Of a DNA stretch of 64,000 nt, positions 41,508 to 52,046 are shown piece after piece. A program made the translations under genes and the position numbers. This DNA comes from Methanomassiliicoccaceae archaeon (GTDB taxonomy: Archaea; Thermoplasmatota; Thermoplasmata; Methanomassiliicoccales; Methanomassiliicoccaceae), in assembly GCA_963728405.1 (NCBI GenBank), contig CAVSJV010000005.1:64001-128000 (forward strand). Direction: 5' to 3'. Under the pieces are notes generated by a model. That model searched no databases and had not been told where the DNA came from. It saw only the letters and a list, made by a program, of their open reading frames with translations. Position 1 is the first letter of the stretch, and each line of letters opens with the position of its first letter.

Positions 41508-42749
41508 ATGGTCGAGGGTTTCATGAAGGCTCCCAAGGTCCTCCTGTTCGGGTACAACGGAGCGAACAACACCGGGGCGGAGGCTAAACTTCTGGCGACC
41601 ATAGCGGACATGCGCTCGCTGCTCGGCCCCTCCGCTCTCTTGACCGTACCGAGCCTGGATGTGACCAAGCTCCGCCGCTACATCAAGGAGGACGAGAATC
41701 TTAGGATCGTCAGGATCCCTACCATGTACAGGCGGACGGTCCGCCGGCTGGTGCGCGAGCACGACCTGACCGTTCTGGTCGAGGGCAGCTGCTATATCGA
41801 GACCTTCACCAAGGCCCTCCTGGACGCGTATCTGTCGGCCACCCGGTACGCCGCCGAGTTCGGAAAACCTTGCATCGCCTACGCGGTCGACTCGGGGCTG
41901 GTCTCGTCAGCCAGTCAGGAAAAGATCAGGGTCGACGCCAGCAAGACCGATCTCATCATCATGCGCACGTACGCCGGGGCGGAGCGCATGAGGAAATGGG
42001 GCGTCACCGCCCCCATCGAGGTGGCGGCCGACACCGCCTTCCTGTTCAAGCCAGACCCGTCCGACGCGGGCCTCCTCAAGCAGGAGCTGCCGTCGGCAGG
42101 GGTGGTGGGCATCGCTGCAGTGGACTTCCATCTCTTTCCCGTGGTCCCTCGTCTGTGGGGGCGCCGGGCCAGGTGCTACAAGTGGCCCTTCTACTTCTCC
42201 TGGACAAAGGAGAGGAGGGAGGCCGCGGCCCGACTGGCCCAGGACTTCGCCGAGCTTGGGGACTGGGCCGTGGAGAAGCACGGCAAGGCCGTCGCCCTCC
42301 TGTGCATGGAATCGGTGGACGACGCCCTGGCCCGTGACATCCTCGCCCGGATGAGGCATCGGGACAGGGCGCGCATCTTCTCCGCCAGCAAGTACAACGC
42401 CTCCCAGATGGCCTCGGTGCTTCGGGGATTGGACCTGCTCATCACCTCCCGCTACCACGCTGGGGTACTGTCCCTGGAAGGTCATGTACCTCAGGTCGCC
42501 ATCGCCCACGACGTCCGGCTGGCCGACCTCTATGACGAGATAGGGATGAAGGAGGAGTTCTTCTTCGAGCGTGATGCCACGTCCCTGTTCCCGATGGTAA
42601 GGGAGAGGGCGGAGAGGCTCCTCAATGACCCCGGTGAGGTCAGGGAAAGGCTGGCCACTGCGCATCGCGAGCAGGTGGCACGGGCCCTCCGGTCCCGCCA
42701 GCTGGTCGGCGAGTTCCTAAGGTCCAAAGGGTGGGATGTACGGATATGA
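41508..42749 (+). CDS. Polysaccharide pyruvyl transferase family (WcaK/CsaB-like) protein
   Basis: GYNGANNTGAEA, IIMRT, AADTAF, ITSRYHA, AIAHDVRL. Confidence 0.8.
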   Translation: MVEGFMKAPKVLLFGYNGANNTGAEAKLLATIADMRSLLGPSALLTVPSLDVTKLRRYIKEDENLRIVRIPTMYRRTVRRLVREHDLTVLVEGSCYIETFTKALLDAYLSATRYAAEFGKPCIAYAVDSGLVSSASQEKIRVDASKTDLIIMRTYAGAERMRKWGVTAPIEVAADTAFLFKPDPSDAGLLKQELPSAGVVGIAAVDFHLFPVVPRLWGRRARCYKWPFYFSWTKERREAAARLAQDFAELGDWAVEKHGKAVALLCMESVDDALARDILARMRHRDRARIFSASKYNASQMASVLRGLDLLITSRYHAGVLSLEGHVPQVAIAHDVRLADLYDEIGMKEEFFFERDATSLFPMVRERAERLLNDPGEVRERLATAHREQVARALRSRQLVGEFLRSKGWDVRI

Positions 42750-45481
42750 CCTCGGTCCTTCTCACCGGAGGGGCGGGTTTCATCGGCACCTACGTCGCCC
42801 GTTGGCTGATCGGCAACACCGACCGCTCCATCATAGCACTGGTCCGGGCCCAGGACGACGAGGCCGCGAAGCGCCGTCTGGCGAGAGCGTGGTGGGACTG
42901 GTCCGAGCTCACGGGCGCGATGGGAACCAGGATCGAGGTTTTGACTGGAAACGTCGAACGGGAGCATTTCGGCCTCGATGATCGAAGGTACGATGAGCTG
43001 GTGAGGAAGGTCGGCGACATCGTCCACGTTGCCGCCGACATCAGGCTCAATGCGCCCCTGGACGAACTGCGGAGGACCAACGTGGACGGTGTGAGGAACG
43101 TCCTCAAGCTCGCCAATGACGTGCATCGCGATCACGGTCTCGGCCGCCTCTCTCACGTCTCCACGGCCTACGTGGCCGGTCGACGCCAAGGTCCGGTCTC
43201 GGAGGAGGACCTGACCGACCGATATGGTTTCCTCAGCAACTACGAGCGAAGCAAGTTCGAGGGTGAGATGCTGGTCCGGGAAGCGAAACATCTCCCGACC
43301 TCGGTATTCCGCCCGGGGATGGTGGTGGGCAGCTCCGAGGATGGTCATGTCCGCACCTTCAACACCCTGTACTATCCTCTCCGCCTATATCTCACTGGTA
43401 AGCTGAGGGTCGTTCCCCTTTCACCGTCACAGAAGGTTAACCTGGTCCCGGTCGACCACGTTGCCGCGGCAATCGGTCGCCTGACCTTGGACCCCCGGGC
43501 AGAGGGGCGCACCTTCCATCTGGTCGGAGCGCCCGACGCGCTCCCCACCGTGAAGGAGGTGGTCGACCTCACCAGATCATGGGCCAGGGAGGAACTGGGC
43601 GTCGATCTCCCCCGGCCGATCTATTTTCCCGCGGCCATGGGCCTCATGGGACGAGGCTCCTCGGAGGACCTCAGCGTGCTCGCCCCCTACCTGCGGGAGC
43701 GCCGCGAGTTCCGAAGGGACAATGGGGACGAGTTGCTCGGCCCCTATATGGTGGACTGGCACGAGCTCCTTCCCCGTCTGCTGGAGTTCGGGACGTACAG
43801 CGGCTTCCTGCACCGGAGCGACCGGACGGTGCACGAACAGGTGCTGTTCCGACTTAAGAGCAGGCGGAGGCCGGTCCGCTTGCATGACATCGTGGGTGGC
43901 TCGGTGATCGCCCGCCCGGCCGAGGAGGTCCGGATGGAGATGCTCAAGGCAACCGCCGCACTCCGGTCGCGGGGGATAGGGCAAGGCGACCGGGTGGCCA
44001 TCGTCGGAACGAACAGTACCCGCTACCTCGTCCTGGACGTGGCCATCGGCCTGGTCGGCGCGGTGAGCGTGCCACTGTACTATACCAGCCCGCCCCGGGA
44101 ACTGGACGAGCTCATCGAGGCCAGTGGGGCTAAGCTGGTGCTGATCGGCTCCGAGGCGGTGCTTAAGATGGTCGGTGCGATGAGGTCGTCCGCGCCCGTT
44201 GTCTCCTTCTGCCGCTCCGTGCCCGAGGAAGCAGGAAAGCAGGTGATTCCCTGGGAGGAGTTCCTAGGGCGGGGTGGTGAGGGGTGCGATGGCTCCCCGG
44301 CGGGGTTCGGGGACGCGGCCACGCTGCGGTACACCTCCAGCACCACTGGGAAGGCCAAGGGGGTGTTGTTCAAGCACGAGCACCTGCGTTACATGGCCGA
44401 GTCCACGGCGTCCCTGCCACCATGGAAGACCCGCAACTCTGAGGTCTTCTACCTTTCCTTCCTGCCCATGAACCACGTGGTGGAGGGCATCCTCGCCACC
44501 TACTCTCCCTTCTACGCCCCGGCCGCGGTGAACCTCTACTTCCTGGAGGACTTCCGGGGATTACAGGACGCCCTGGTCAAGGTGAGGCCCACTGTGTTCT
44601 TCTCGGTCCCCCGGTTCTACGAGAAGATGAGGGACGGCCTGATGGCGAACGGCCTGGCAAGGAGATACCTGGAGAGGCCCGGTGGGATCAGACAGTGGGT
44701 GCTCGCACCCCTGATCAGGAGGCGGACACTGCGGGCCGCGGGCCTGGACCGTTGCGCCTACCTGATCTCCGGCTCCGGCCCCCTGAGCCCTGAGATACAG
44801 GCTTCCTTTCACCAACTGGGCATCGAGGTGCACAACGCCTACGGACTAACTGAAGCTCCCCTGGTCACCATCAACTACCCCGGCCGCAACCGGATCGGTA
44901 CGGTGGGTGAACCGCTTCCTTTGACCGAAGTGGCCATCGCCGAGGACGGCGAGGTGTTGGTCAAGGGACCGCAGGTGACCTGTGGTTACTTTGGCGACGG
45001 GGAGCAGCCGTTCCGCGATGGTTTTCTTCGCACCGGCGACATCGGCCGTCTCACCGCCGAGGGCAGTCTGGTCCTGGATGGTCGTAAGAAAGAGCTCATC
45101 AAGACCGCCTACGGGAAGTTCGTGAACCCCTTGAAGGTGGAGACGATGCTGCGCGACCTGCCCGGGGTGTTTGAGGCCATGATCGTGGGAGAGGGTCGCC
45201 CTTACTGTACCGCGCTGGTCTGGTCGGAGAAAGGAGCGTCCCCTGGCATCGACCGCCTTGTCGAGCAGCTGAACGCGCACCTGTCGCATCCCGAGCAGAT
45301 CAAGGCATGGGCGGTGCTCCCGAACACCCTATCGGTCGATGGCGGCGAACTCACCGCCAACATGAAGCTCCGGAGGCCGCGGGTGCTGGAGCGCTATGCC
45401 TCGGTGATCGAGGCCATTTACTCGGGGTCTGCGCCCCCTCACGAGGTGCTGCACCTGGGCAGGGCGGGGAGGAAAGTATGA
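42746..45481 (+). CDS. Fusion: extended SDR/fatty-acyl reductase-like domain plus long-chain acyl-CoA ligase (AMP-binding) domain
   Basis: LTGGAGFIG, HVAA, NVDG, HVSTAYV, YERSK, RPGMVVG, then YTSSTTGKAKG, FLPMNH, YGLTE, RTGDIG, GRKKELIK, GELTANMKLRR. Confidence 0.88.
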   Translation: MTSVLLTGGAGFIGTYVARWLIGNTDRSIIALVRAQDDEAAKRRLARAWWDWSELTGAMGTRIEVLTGNVEREHFGLDDRRYDELVRKVGDIVHVAADIRLNAPLDELRRTNVDGVRNVLKLANDVHRDHGLGRLSHVSTAYVAGRRQGPVSEEDLTDRYGFLSNYERSKFEGEMLVREAKHLPTSVFRPGMVVGSSEDGHVRTFNTLYYPLRLYLTGKLRVVPLSPSQKVNLVPVDHVAAAIGRLTLDPRAEGRTFHLVGAPDALPTVKEVVDLTRSWAREELGVDLPRPIYFPAAMGLMGRGSSEDLSVLAPYLRERREFRRDNGDELLGPYMVDWHELLPRLLEFGTYSGFLHRSDRTVHEQVLFRLKSRRRPVRLHDIVGGSVIARPAEEVRMEMLKATAALRSRGIGQGDRVAIVGTNSTRYLVLDVAIGLVGAVSVPLYYTSPPRELDELIEASGAKLVLIGSEAVLKMVGAMRSSAPVVSFCRSVPEEAGKQVIPWEEFLGRGGEGCDGSPAGFGDAATLRYTSSTTGKAKGVLFKHEHLRYMAESTASLPPWKTRNSEVFYLSFLPMNHVVEGILATYSPFYAPAAVNLYFLEDFRGLQDALVKVRPTVFFSVPRFYEKMRDGLMANGLARRYLERPGGIRQWVLAPLIRRRTLRAAGLDRCAYLISGSGPLSPEIQASFHQLGIEVHNAYGLTEAPLVTINYPGRNRIGTVGEPLPLTEVAIAEDGEVLVKGPQVTCGYFGDGEQPFRDGFLRTGDIGRLTAEGSLVLDGRKKELIKTAYGKFVNPLKVETMLRDLPGVFEAMIVGEGRPYCTALVWSEKGASPGIDRLVEQLNAHLSHPEQIKAWAVLPNTLSVDGGELTANMKLRRPRVLERYASVIEAIYSGSAPPHEVLHLGRAGRKV

Positions 45482-46077
45482 GCGCGCGACTGCGGCTGGC
45501 ATCGCTCTGGATGCCTCGCTTTATGATGGTCCGGGAGATCGAGAGGATCCGGTCAAGCACCGATGCGGCGCTGGACGACCTGCTGGCCGAGCACGCCCCG
45601 GGGTCACTGAAGGAAGAGCGAGAGGGGCCGTGCCGCCGGCTGGAGGAGCGGAGAGCGGCCATGGCCCGGGGCCACGAGAGGAAGGTCAGGGCATTGATCG
45701 AGGGGGTGGGCCGGGAACGGGCCATCACACTGGGGAGAGAGGCCCTGTTCCGCACCGGCCTGGCATTAGGAGAGGAGGCCAAGGGCCGTCTGGGGGTGAA
45801 GGATACGAAGAGCGACCTGCTACGGGCGGCGGGGGTGCTATACCGAATACTGGGCATCGAGTTCAATATGGTCGGCGGTCCCGAGGGTGACGGGATGGAG
45901 GTGTCCCGCTGCGCGCTGTCCCAGCACTACTCGCAAGAGGCCTGCATGATCCTGAGCGCGGTGGACGAGGGGACGGTCAGTGGCCTCAGTCCGCGGGCGG
46001 GCATGCTGTTCGAGGAGCGTATCACCGACGGATCCCCTAGGTGCGTGGCCAGGATCACTTTCCAGGAGGACAGATGA
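45478..46077 (+). CDS. V4R/ATC-hydrolase-like small-ligand-binding protein
   Basis: [39 protein letters not shown]. Confidence 0.65.
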   Translation: MSARLRLASLWMPRFMMVREIERIRSSTDAALDDLLAEHAPGSLKEEREGPCRRLEERRAAMARGHERKVRALIEGVGRERAITLGREALFRTGLALGEEAKGRLGVKDTKSDLLRAAGVLYRILGIEFNMVGGPEGDGMEVSRCALSQHYSQEACMILSAVDEGTVSGLSPRAGMLFEERITDGSPRCVARITFQEDR

Positions 46078-47355
46078 GAGCGATCGTGGTCGGCTCGGGA
46101 GCTGGCGGGGCAACCGCCGCGCGAGATATGGTCATGAGAGGGATGGAGGTCGTAGTCTTGGAGGCGGGCGCGAAGTTCAAGCCGTTCACCCGTCGAGTGG
46201 GGTGGACCGAGCCCCTCCGCCGGGCCGGGCTGCTGGGAGGGGAACGAGAACGTTCCTAGGTTCCTCAGTGCCTACCGTACCGCGCGGTCGAGCGAGGAGC
46301 TGTTGCTCGTGCGGTCCGTGGCTGTGGGCGGGTGCACAGTGGTCTCCTGCGGGAACATGGTCCGGGCGGAGGGTGGCCTAAGGGAGATCGGGCTTGACCT
46401 CACCAAGGAGTACGAGGAACTGGAGAGCTGTATCAAGGTGAGAACGGTCCCCCAGGAGAGGTGGCGCCCTCTCACCATGGAGATGTTCAAGGTAGCACAG
46501 GAGATGGGGCTCGAGCCCATGGCGACGCCGAAGGCCGTGAACATGGACCGGTGCACCTCCTGCGGGCTGTGCGAGGTCGGATGCTCTACGGGGGCGAGAT
46601 GGGACTCCCGGCGGTTCCTGGGTGAGGCCGTGAGGGAGGGTTGCAGGGTGCACCCTGAGGCTAAAGTGAACAGGGTCGTCTTCGATGGGGGTAAGGCTGT
46701 CGGAGTGCAGGTGGAGCTGGCGGGGCGCTTAGAAACGGTCAGAGGGGATGCGGTGGTCCTGGCCGCGGGGGGCATCGGCACGGCCCAGATCCTGAGGGCA
46801 TCCGGTATAGCTCCCAGCGACACGCTGTGGGCCGATCTCGTCCTCACCATCGGTGGAATGGTCAAGGGAGCGAGGCAGCTGGAGGAGCCGCCCATGGTGT
46901 GGTTCGCCCAGCGGGACGGATATATCATCTCTCCATACTTGGACGTGCTCTCCCACTGGTTCCACCGCCCCTGGAGGGACGTGGGGCTCCGCGACCGGGC
47001 CGGAGTGATGATCAAGCTGGCCGAGGCGGCCAACGGTAAGGTGCGAGAGGACGGGTCGGTAGAGAAGCCGATCGACGAGGAGGATCGGGAGCGGCTGCAG
47101 AAGGCCGGTGACGAGGTCAGGGGGATGATGGAGAGGGCGGGGGTCCGGGCCCCCTATGTCGATGGCCTGCTCCACGGTGGCCACCTGGGAGGCACCGTGC
47201 CTCTCCGGAAAGAGGACGTCGACAGCATGCACCCGTCCATCCTGCCTGAAGGCTTGTGGGTGGCCGACCTCTCCTTACTTCCCCGCTCTCAGGGCCTTCC
47301 CACCATGTTGACCGCGGCGGCTCTGGCTCTGAGAGTATCGCGTCGGATCGCCTAG
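46074..47355 (+). CDS. GMC family FAD oxidoreductase with CxxCxxCxxxC motif (frameshift about 46260)
   Basis: [67 protein letters not shown]. Confidence 0.88.
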
Positions 47356-47761
47356 ATATGGAGATCCTCCTGGCATTCTATCAACAAGAAGTGGAGAGCC
47401 CCATCCACCCCTCCAGCTCCTCGTCCAGCCTAAGGAAGCTTTGGTCCCCTAACGATATGAAGGGGTCGAAGCAATTGAACTCCAGTTTGCCGTAGTGGAA
47501 CTAGCCCACTATGTTCACCTCGTGTTCTTCGCCCTCAGGACCGGGGCCTGTGAAGGGTTTACCAAGCCGTGAGGTGCTGCAACCATGACCCGTCGATATT
47601 GTGAACAAAACAGTTCCCCTCGGTCAGGTGCTCCACTATTCCCAGATGCACTAGAACAAAAACGATTATCGCTCCGTTATGGTTGCATTAAGGGCACCGG
47701 TTCGGGGCCAGGGACCCCTTCGCCACCGTAGCCCATATAGGATTATTAGATACGAAAAGGA

Positions 47762-47788
47762 ATATATATTATCTCCAATAATATATAT
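47762..47788. repeat. AT-rich perfect inverted repeat
   Basis: ATATATATTAT-ctcca-ATAATATATAT. Confidence 0.45.
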
Positions 47789-48045
47789 GGTCCGCTTTGT
47801 TAGTGGCTCCAAATCCATCATTATTGACAGCTCCTGACGGAGGATCTTGATGAAAAAATGCTGTGAGGGCCATTTCGTTCTAAATGAAGAGGCTCTGGCC
47901 CACTTCATCTACTAATGAACGTTTGATCGACCGATGGTGTATCCCATCATCGATTGGTCAATATGGGTAGCATGCCCTCGACCATCCCATTAGATAGTTT
48001 CACCGGGAAATCTCCCATGCCCTTTCATTCAGTCCCTTTCCATCT

Positions 48046-48393
48046 TCAAGTCAATTGCTTTAGGTTATCGGCACAGCGTCTGGCACTGTTGGCACAGGTG
48101 CTGAAATAATTGTCCCTCGGGACGGTGTCGCACATCGTCGCACATGCCTCGCATATCTCTATCACCGAAGGAGCCAATCGCCTGAAATACGGGGACCCTC
48201 GAAGCATCATCTTCTCGCTCAGCTTGCTGGCTCCAGCACAGTCCATGAGCACGCCGAGCACGTCCATCTGAGCGAGCTCCCCGCCCCTATTGATCGCATA
48301 GAATATGGTCTCCTCGCAGATATCACGGCAGTCTCTGCAGCTCTCGATCGTCTTCTCCACATAGCTGATCTGCGTCTTGGTCATAGTAGCCAT
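48046..48393 (-). CDS. Four-helix bundle copper storage protein-like (Csp/DUF326)
   Basis: CRDCRDIC, LMDCA, MLRGSP, ICEACATMC, CANSARRC. Confidence 0.75.
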   Translation of the reverse strand: MATMTKTQISYVEKTIESCRDCRDICEETIFYAINRGGELAQMDVLGVLMDCAGASKLSEKMMLRGSPYFRRLAPSVIEICEACATMCDTVPRDNYFSTCANSARRCADNLKQLT

Positions 48394-49354
48394 AGTTGCA
48401 TCTCTCCTGACAATGCCGATTCGCCCAGGTTTGAAGGGAGCTGAGGTTACAGGGCTAGATGTTCTGCTCTCCCTCATCAATGGTTATGATGCATCGGTGG
48501 ACGGGTCCAGCATTGGCCCACTGTCTTTACGGTTCATTTTTGACATGAACGCCTGCAAACTCTAGGGTAATTTTCCGAACCCGCGAGTATTTCTTATTTG
48601 TTATACTGTAAGCTCGAGAAGTCGGTCGATCGGTAATATTATCACGGGGCGAGGAGGAGCCAGACCTCCATTCGTCCTCCTGAGGGTTCCGGAGGTCCTG
48701 AACCCTTCTCCGGACTATGGTCAAGGGCCGTCGCCCATCGACCGCCCGCTCTTCTTCCTTGCCCTCTAGTCGATTCGTTCTTGATCCGGCCCGGTACAAT
48801 CGGGCCAGCTCCAGGTGTGGTAGCTATTGTAGGAAGCGTATCTGTTCTCGACCTGAGCTTCCGGCCCATTGCAGAGCGGTGACTCCCGGCCATCCTTTTC
48901 TGAGATCGTTCTACACAACGATGTATCCGAGTTTAGCTCGATACTCATTTGGCTCGTCATAATGCTGTTTGGTCGATCCCTCTTGCCTCAGAGACCTGTG
49001 GGCTTCCTTGAGATGGTGCTCCAGGATGATCATGGTAATGAGAGGTCGTTCAGTATGGTGAAGAGAAAAGTCAATATCTAAATCTGGTAAGGGGTGGGTT
49101 ACTATCTTGTCTGAGGTACCCCGCACAGGTAGGTAGATGGCATCAGCCTTGGAATGGGAGATGCAGTATTTCATCGATCTGGTGCTCATTGGATGTTGGT
49201 CCTTGAAAGGATCGCACGGAATCGAGAAGCGGGCGGGTCAGGCCAATGCTCCTCACCGGGCGATCTGGTCGCCGCGATGTAGGTCTTAGGCCTTCTCGCG
49301 AGCAAATCGATCCTCGGACACGGCCCGTTATATTTAGCCCGAGCGTGATGCTTA

Positions 49355-50575
49355 ATGGCGATGTCCACACCGAAGAAGGTCCTGTTTGTAAGCGGGTCCG
49401 TGGGGCTTGGGCACGTGGGGAGGGACGTGGCAGTGGCCAACCACCTCCGCGATCTCAGGCCGGGGACGGTGATACATTGGATGGCCGGTGATCCCGCTCG
49501 CCTCCATCTAAAGTGTCGGGGAGAGATGCTCGCCCCTGGCTCGAAGGACTTTGATCAGGGGACGGAGGTCCTGGAGAAAAGCGCTAAGGGGTATACCGCC
49601 GACCTCCTTGAGTTCACCACCGAGCTAATGATCTCATTCGACCGGAACGGCAAGCGGGTATGGGACACCATCGAGGATGGCGGCTACGATCTAGTAATTT
49701 ATGACGAGGCCTATGAGGTGGCGATCTACGCTGACCGGAACCAGGACAAGATCGACCGGGTGCCGATCGTCGGCCTGGTGGACTTCTTCGGCACCTATTC
49801 CGATCCCAAGGACCTGAGGGAGCACTGGGTCCGCTGGAAGAGGAATAGATACTGGATCCGTTACATCAAGAGGTCCATGCCGATACCTGACCTCTACCTG
49901 TTCTTCGGCGAGCTGGAGGACGTCCCGGACCAGAACCTCGGACTGTTCCTGCCCAATGCCAGGAGGCTCGCGTCCCGAGGGAAGATGCAGTTCGTTGGAT
50001 ATCCGCTGCAGTTCGATCCCCAGGAGATCGACCGGAGCGCCCTGAGGAAGAAATTCGGATATGGGGATGAGAAGGTGGTCCTGTGCACCGTAGGCGGTAC
50101 CGCGGTCGGGAGGCCATTGGTGGGGCTGTGCATAGATGCCTATCCTATCATTAAGGAATGCGTACCCGATCTGAAGGTGATACTGGCCCTGGGGCCCCAT
50201 CTCGAGAAGGAGGGGTTAGCGCTCCCTCCCGGCATCGAGGCGCTGGGATATGAGCCGTTGCTGTACGAACGGATGGCCGCGGCCGATCTGATCGTCTGCT
50301 CGGGAGGCGGCACCACTACCTTGGAGGCGACCGCTCTAGGCAGGCCGTTCCTTTACTTCCCCCTTCTGAACCACTTCGAGCAGCAGAAGATAGTCGCACC
50401 GAGGTGCGAGAGGTTCGCTGCAGGCGTAAGGATGGATTTCGCCCGAACCAACTCACGGTCGCTGGCAGAAGAGGTTACTCGGTGGATCGGCAGGGAGATG
50501 GAGCACAGGCCGATGCGATTGGACGGGGCAAGTCGGGCGGCCGAGATGATCCAGAAGCTCCTAGATCATTATTGA
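49355..50575 (+). CDS. GT-B glycosyltransferase (GT28/UDP-glycosyltransferase-like)
   Basis: GLGHVGRD, TVGGT, AADLIVCSGGGTTTLEA, HFEQ. Confidence 0.85.
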   Translation: MAMSTPKKVLFVSGSVGLGHVGRDVAVANHLRDLRPGTVIHWMAGDPARLHLKCRGEMLAPGSKDFDQGTEVLEKSAKGYTADLLEFTTELMISFDRNGKRVWDTIEDGGYDLVIYDEAYEVAIYADRNQDKIDRVPIVGLVDFFGTYSDPKDLREHWVRWKRNRYWIRYIKRSMPIPDLYLFFGELEDVPDQNLGLFLPNARRLASRGKMQFVGYPLQFDPQEIDRSALRKKFGYGDEKVVLCTVGGTAVGRPLVGLCIDAYPIIKECVPDLKVILALGPHLEKEGLALPPGIEALGYEPLLYERMAAADLIVCSGGGTTTLEATALGRPFLYFPLLNHFEQQKIVAPRCERFAAGVRMDFARTNSRSLAEEVTRWIGREMEHRPMRLDGASRAAEMIQKLLDHY

Positions 50576-50699
50576 GGATGCGAATATCAACACGGGGTGA
50601 ATTCACCGGATGAATGGTCGCTAGCCCTGGGCCCATTACTTTGCAAGTATGGTCGGGGCAGGCTGTCGGAGGGCAGGGTTGATATCCACGCTCATTTGC

Positions 50700-50960
50700 C
50701 ATGAAGGCCGGCCAGATCGTCGAAGGGCCCAAAGAGCATCACTGAGATGCTCGCGGTTCTGGTGAACGCAGAACGGTGTACCGTGCAAAGCTACACCGAG
50801 ATGTGCAACATGACCACAGGTAGGGCCACTGCTCCCACCATCTGTCGCTCGCTATCCTTAATGATAGGTGGGGCGCGAGTAGTGGTTCTCCGAGTTCCTA
50901 AGAGGAGACCTTCAGGGTATTTCCTGAGAGGGGTGCCCCCTTTGCATCCAATTTCCTACG
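50700..50960 (+). pseudogene. Decayed DPS-like (DPSL) ferritin-family gene, C-terminal part
   Basis: LVNAERCTVQSYTEMCNMTTG, LSLAILND, WFSEFL, PSGYFLR across shifted frames. Confidence 0.65.
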
Positions 50961-51135
50961 TAGGGAAGGTCTCCCCTTCAGCAGGTAACCCAACTATCGT
51001 AACTAGGATGTCCTTGGGCAAGTCCAGTACCGAATATATGCACTAACTGGCGGTGCCAAGGTTAGAACAATATGGTCTGCCCTTTCACCGCGGGGCACCC
51101 CATCCCGCAGACCCTTACCACCAGATATGAAGGCA

Positions 51136-51564
51136 TCATTTCCCATCTTCCACTATCAGGTGTTTGATGACATCCCCTCTTGAAACGATGCCTACCAGGG
51201 TCTCGCCCTCCATAACTGGAATGCTTCTCAGTTTGAACTCGACCATGTAGTCGACCACCGTTCCGAGATCATCCTCGGGGCCGACCGTTACGGTCGCGGT
51301 GTGCATTATCTCGGAGGCCTTCTCTGAGAAGGCCTGAAAATACCCGCTTATCCTGAACTCCGTTCCAGTACTGAATATCTTCATCAGGTCGAGTTTGGTG
51401 ATGATGCCCTTCATTGCCCCCTCGTGTACCACGGGGATCGCATTGTAGTCATACTTGACAAAGAGATCATGAACCTCTTCGATACTGGCATCAGTATCAA
51501 TGGTCACCACATTCTGGGTCATAATTGATCCGACCTTGATCTTCTCAATCCGCTTTTCGGTCAT
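51136..51564 (-). CDS. Tandem CBS domain protein
   Basis: VGSIMTQNVVT, IPVV..GIITKLD, IPVM..VGIVSRGD. Confidence 0.9.
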   Translation of the reverse strand: MTEKRIEKIKVGSIMTQNVVTIDTDASIEEVHDLFVKYDYNAIPVVHEGAMKGIITKLDLMKIFSTGTEFRISGYFQAFSEKASEIMHTATVTVGPEDDLGTVVDYMVEFKLRSIPVMEGETLVGIVSRGDVIKHLIVEDGK

Positions 51565-51853
51565 CGTGACATTTCATTACTATCATCTGGATTTTTAACT
51601 TAATGCCAGATAATTAGTGATCGGACGAAATTGTGGCACCCGACTCGCTAGGCAGTAACGGCTGTGCTAAGAACAATGGGCAGATGATCCCCCCAGGAAG
51701 CGCCCGCGGCGGCGTGGGAACATGCAGGATGATGGCCCCCCTGGTAAGTATGGGCATTCTGCAGGTATGGTCAAATCTTCAATGGCGGCGCGCGGCGACA
51801 GAGCATGGTGGAGGGGTGGAAACGGCCAATGCCGATGATCCCACTCCTCCTCT

Positions 51854-51906
51854 GGGACTTGAGATCCCGTCCTTGGTAGTTCGTTGGTTCAGATCCACCC
51901 GCACCA
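51854..51906 (+). repeat. Degenerate direct repeat of the tRNA-Leu 3' half (att-like)
   Basis: gggacttgagatcccgtccttggtagttcgttggttcagatccacccgcacca vs tRNA gggacttaagattccgtccttagtggttcgtgggttcaaatccctcccccgcacca. Confidence 0.8.
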
Positions 51907-52046
51907 TCGGTGCAATGATGGGATCATCATGCACTTGAATGAAGCTCGATGGCCGTGTGCCAATGGGATAAAATAGAAAATGAGCCGAGGTTCCGGACGA
52001 TCGGCCCATTTGTTGGCCATATATTACGTGGCGGTCAAGAAAGATA

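Larger units (their letters stand above)
34280..51906. mobile_element. Decaying tRNA-Leu-anchored genomic island (no integrase visible)
   Basis: Bounded by the tRNA and a degenerate repeat of its 3' half at 51854-51906. Mosaic GC, many pseudogenes, IS remnant. Confidence 0.55.

Noticed and set aside
41907-43348. Long antisense ORFs (also 27548..28420, 58999..59838, 62372..63223)
   Set aside because: Shadow frames of GC-rich genes on the opposite strand, with no motifs.
48500-49300. Short ORFs resembling DUF2283 or zinc proteins
   Set aside because: Too degenerate to assign; likely pseudogene debris.
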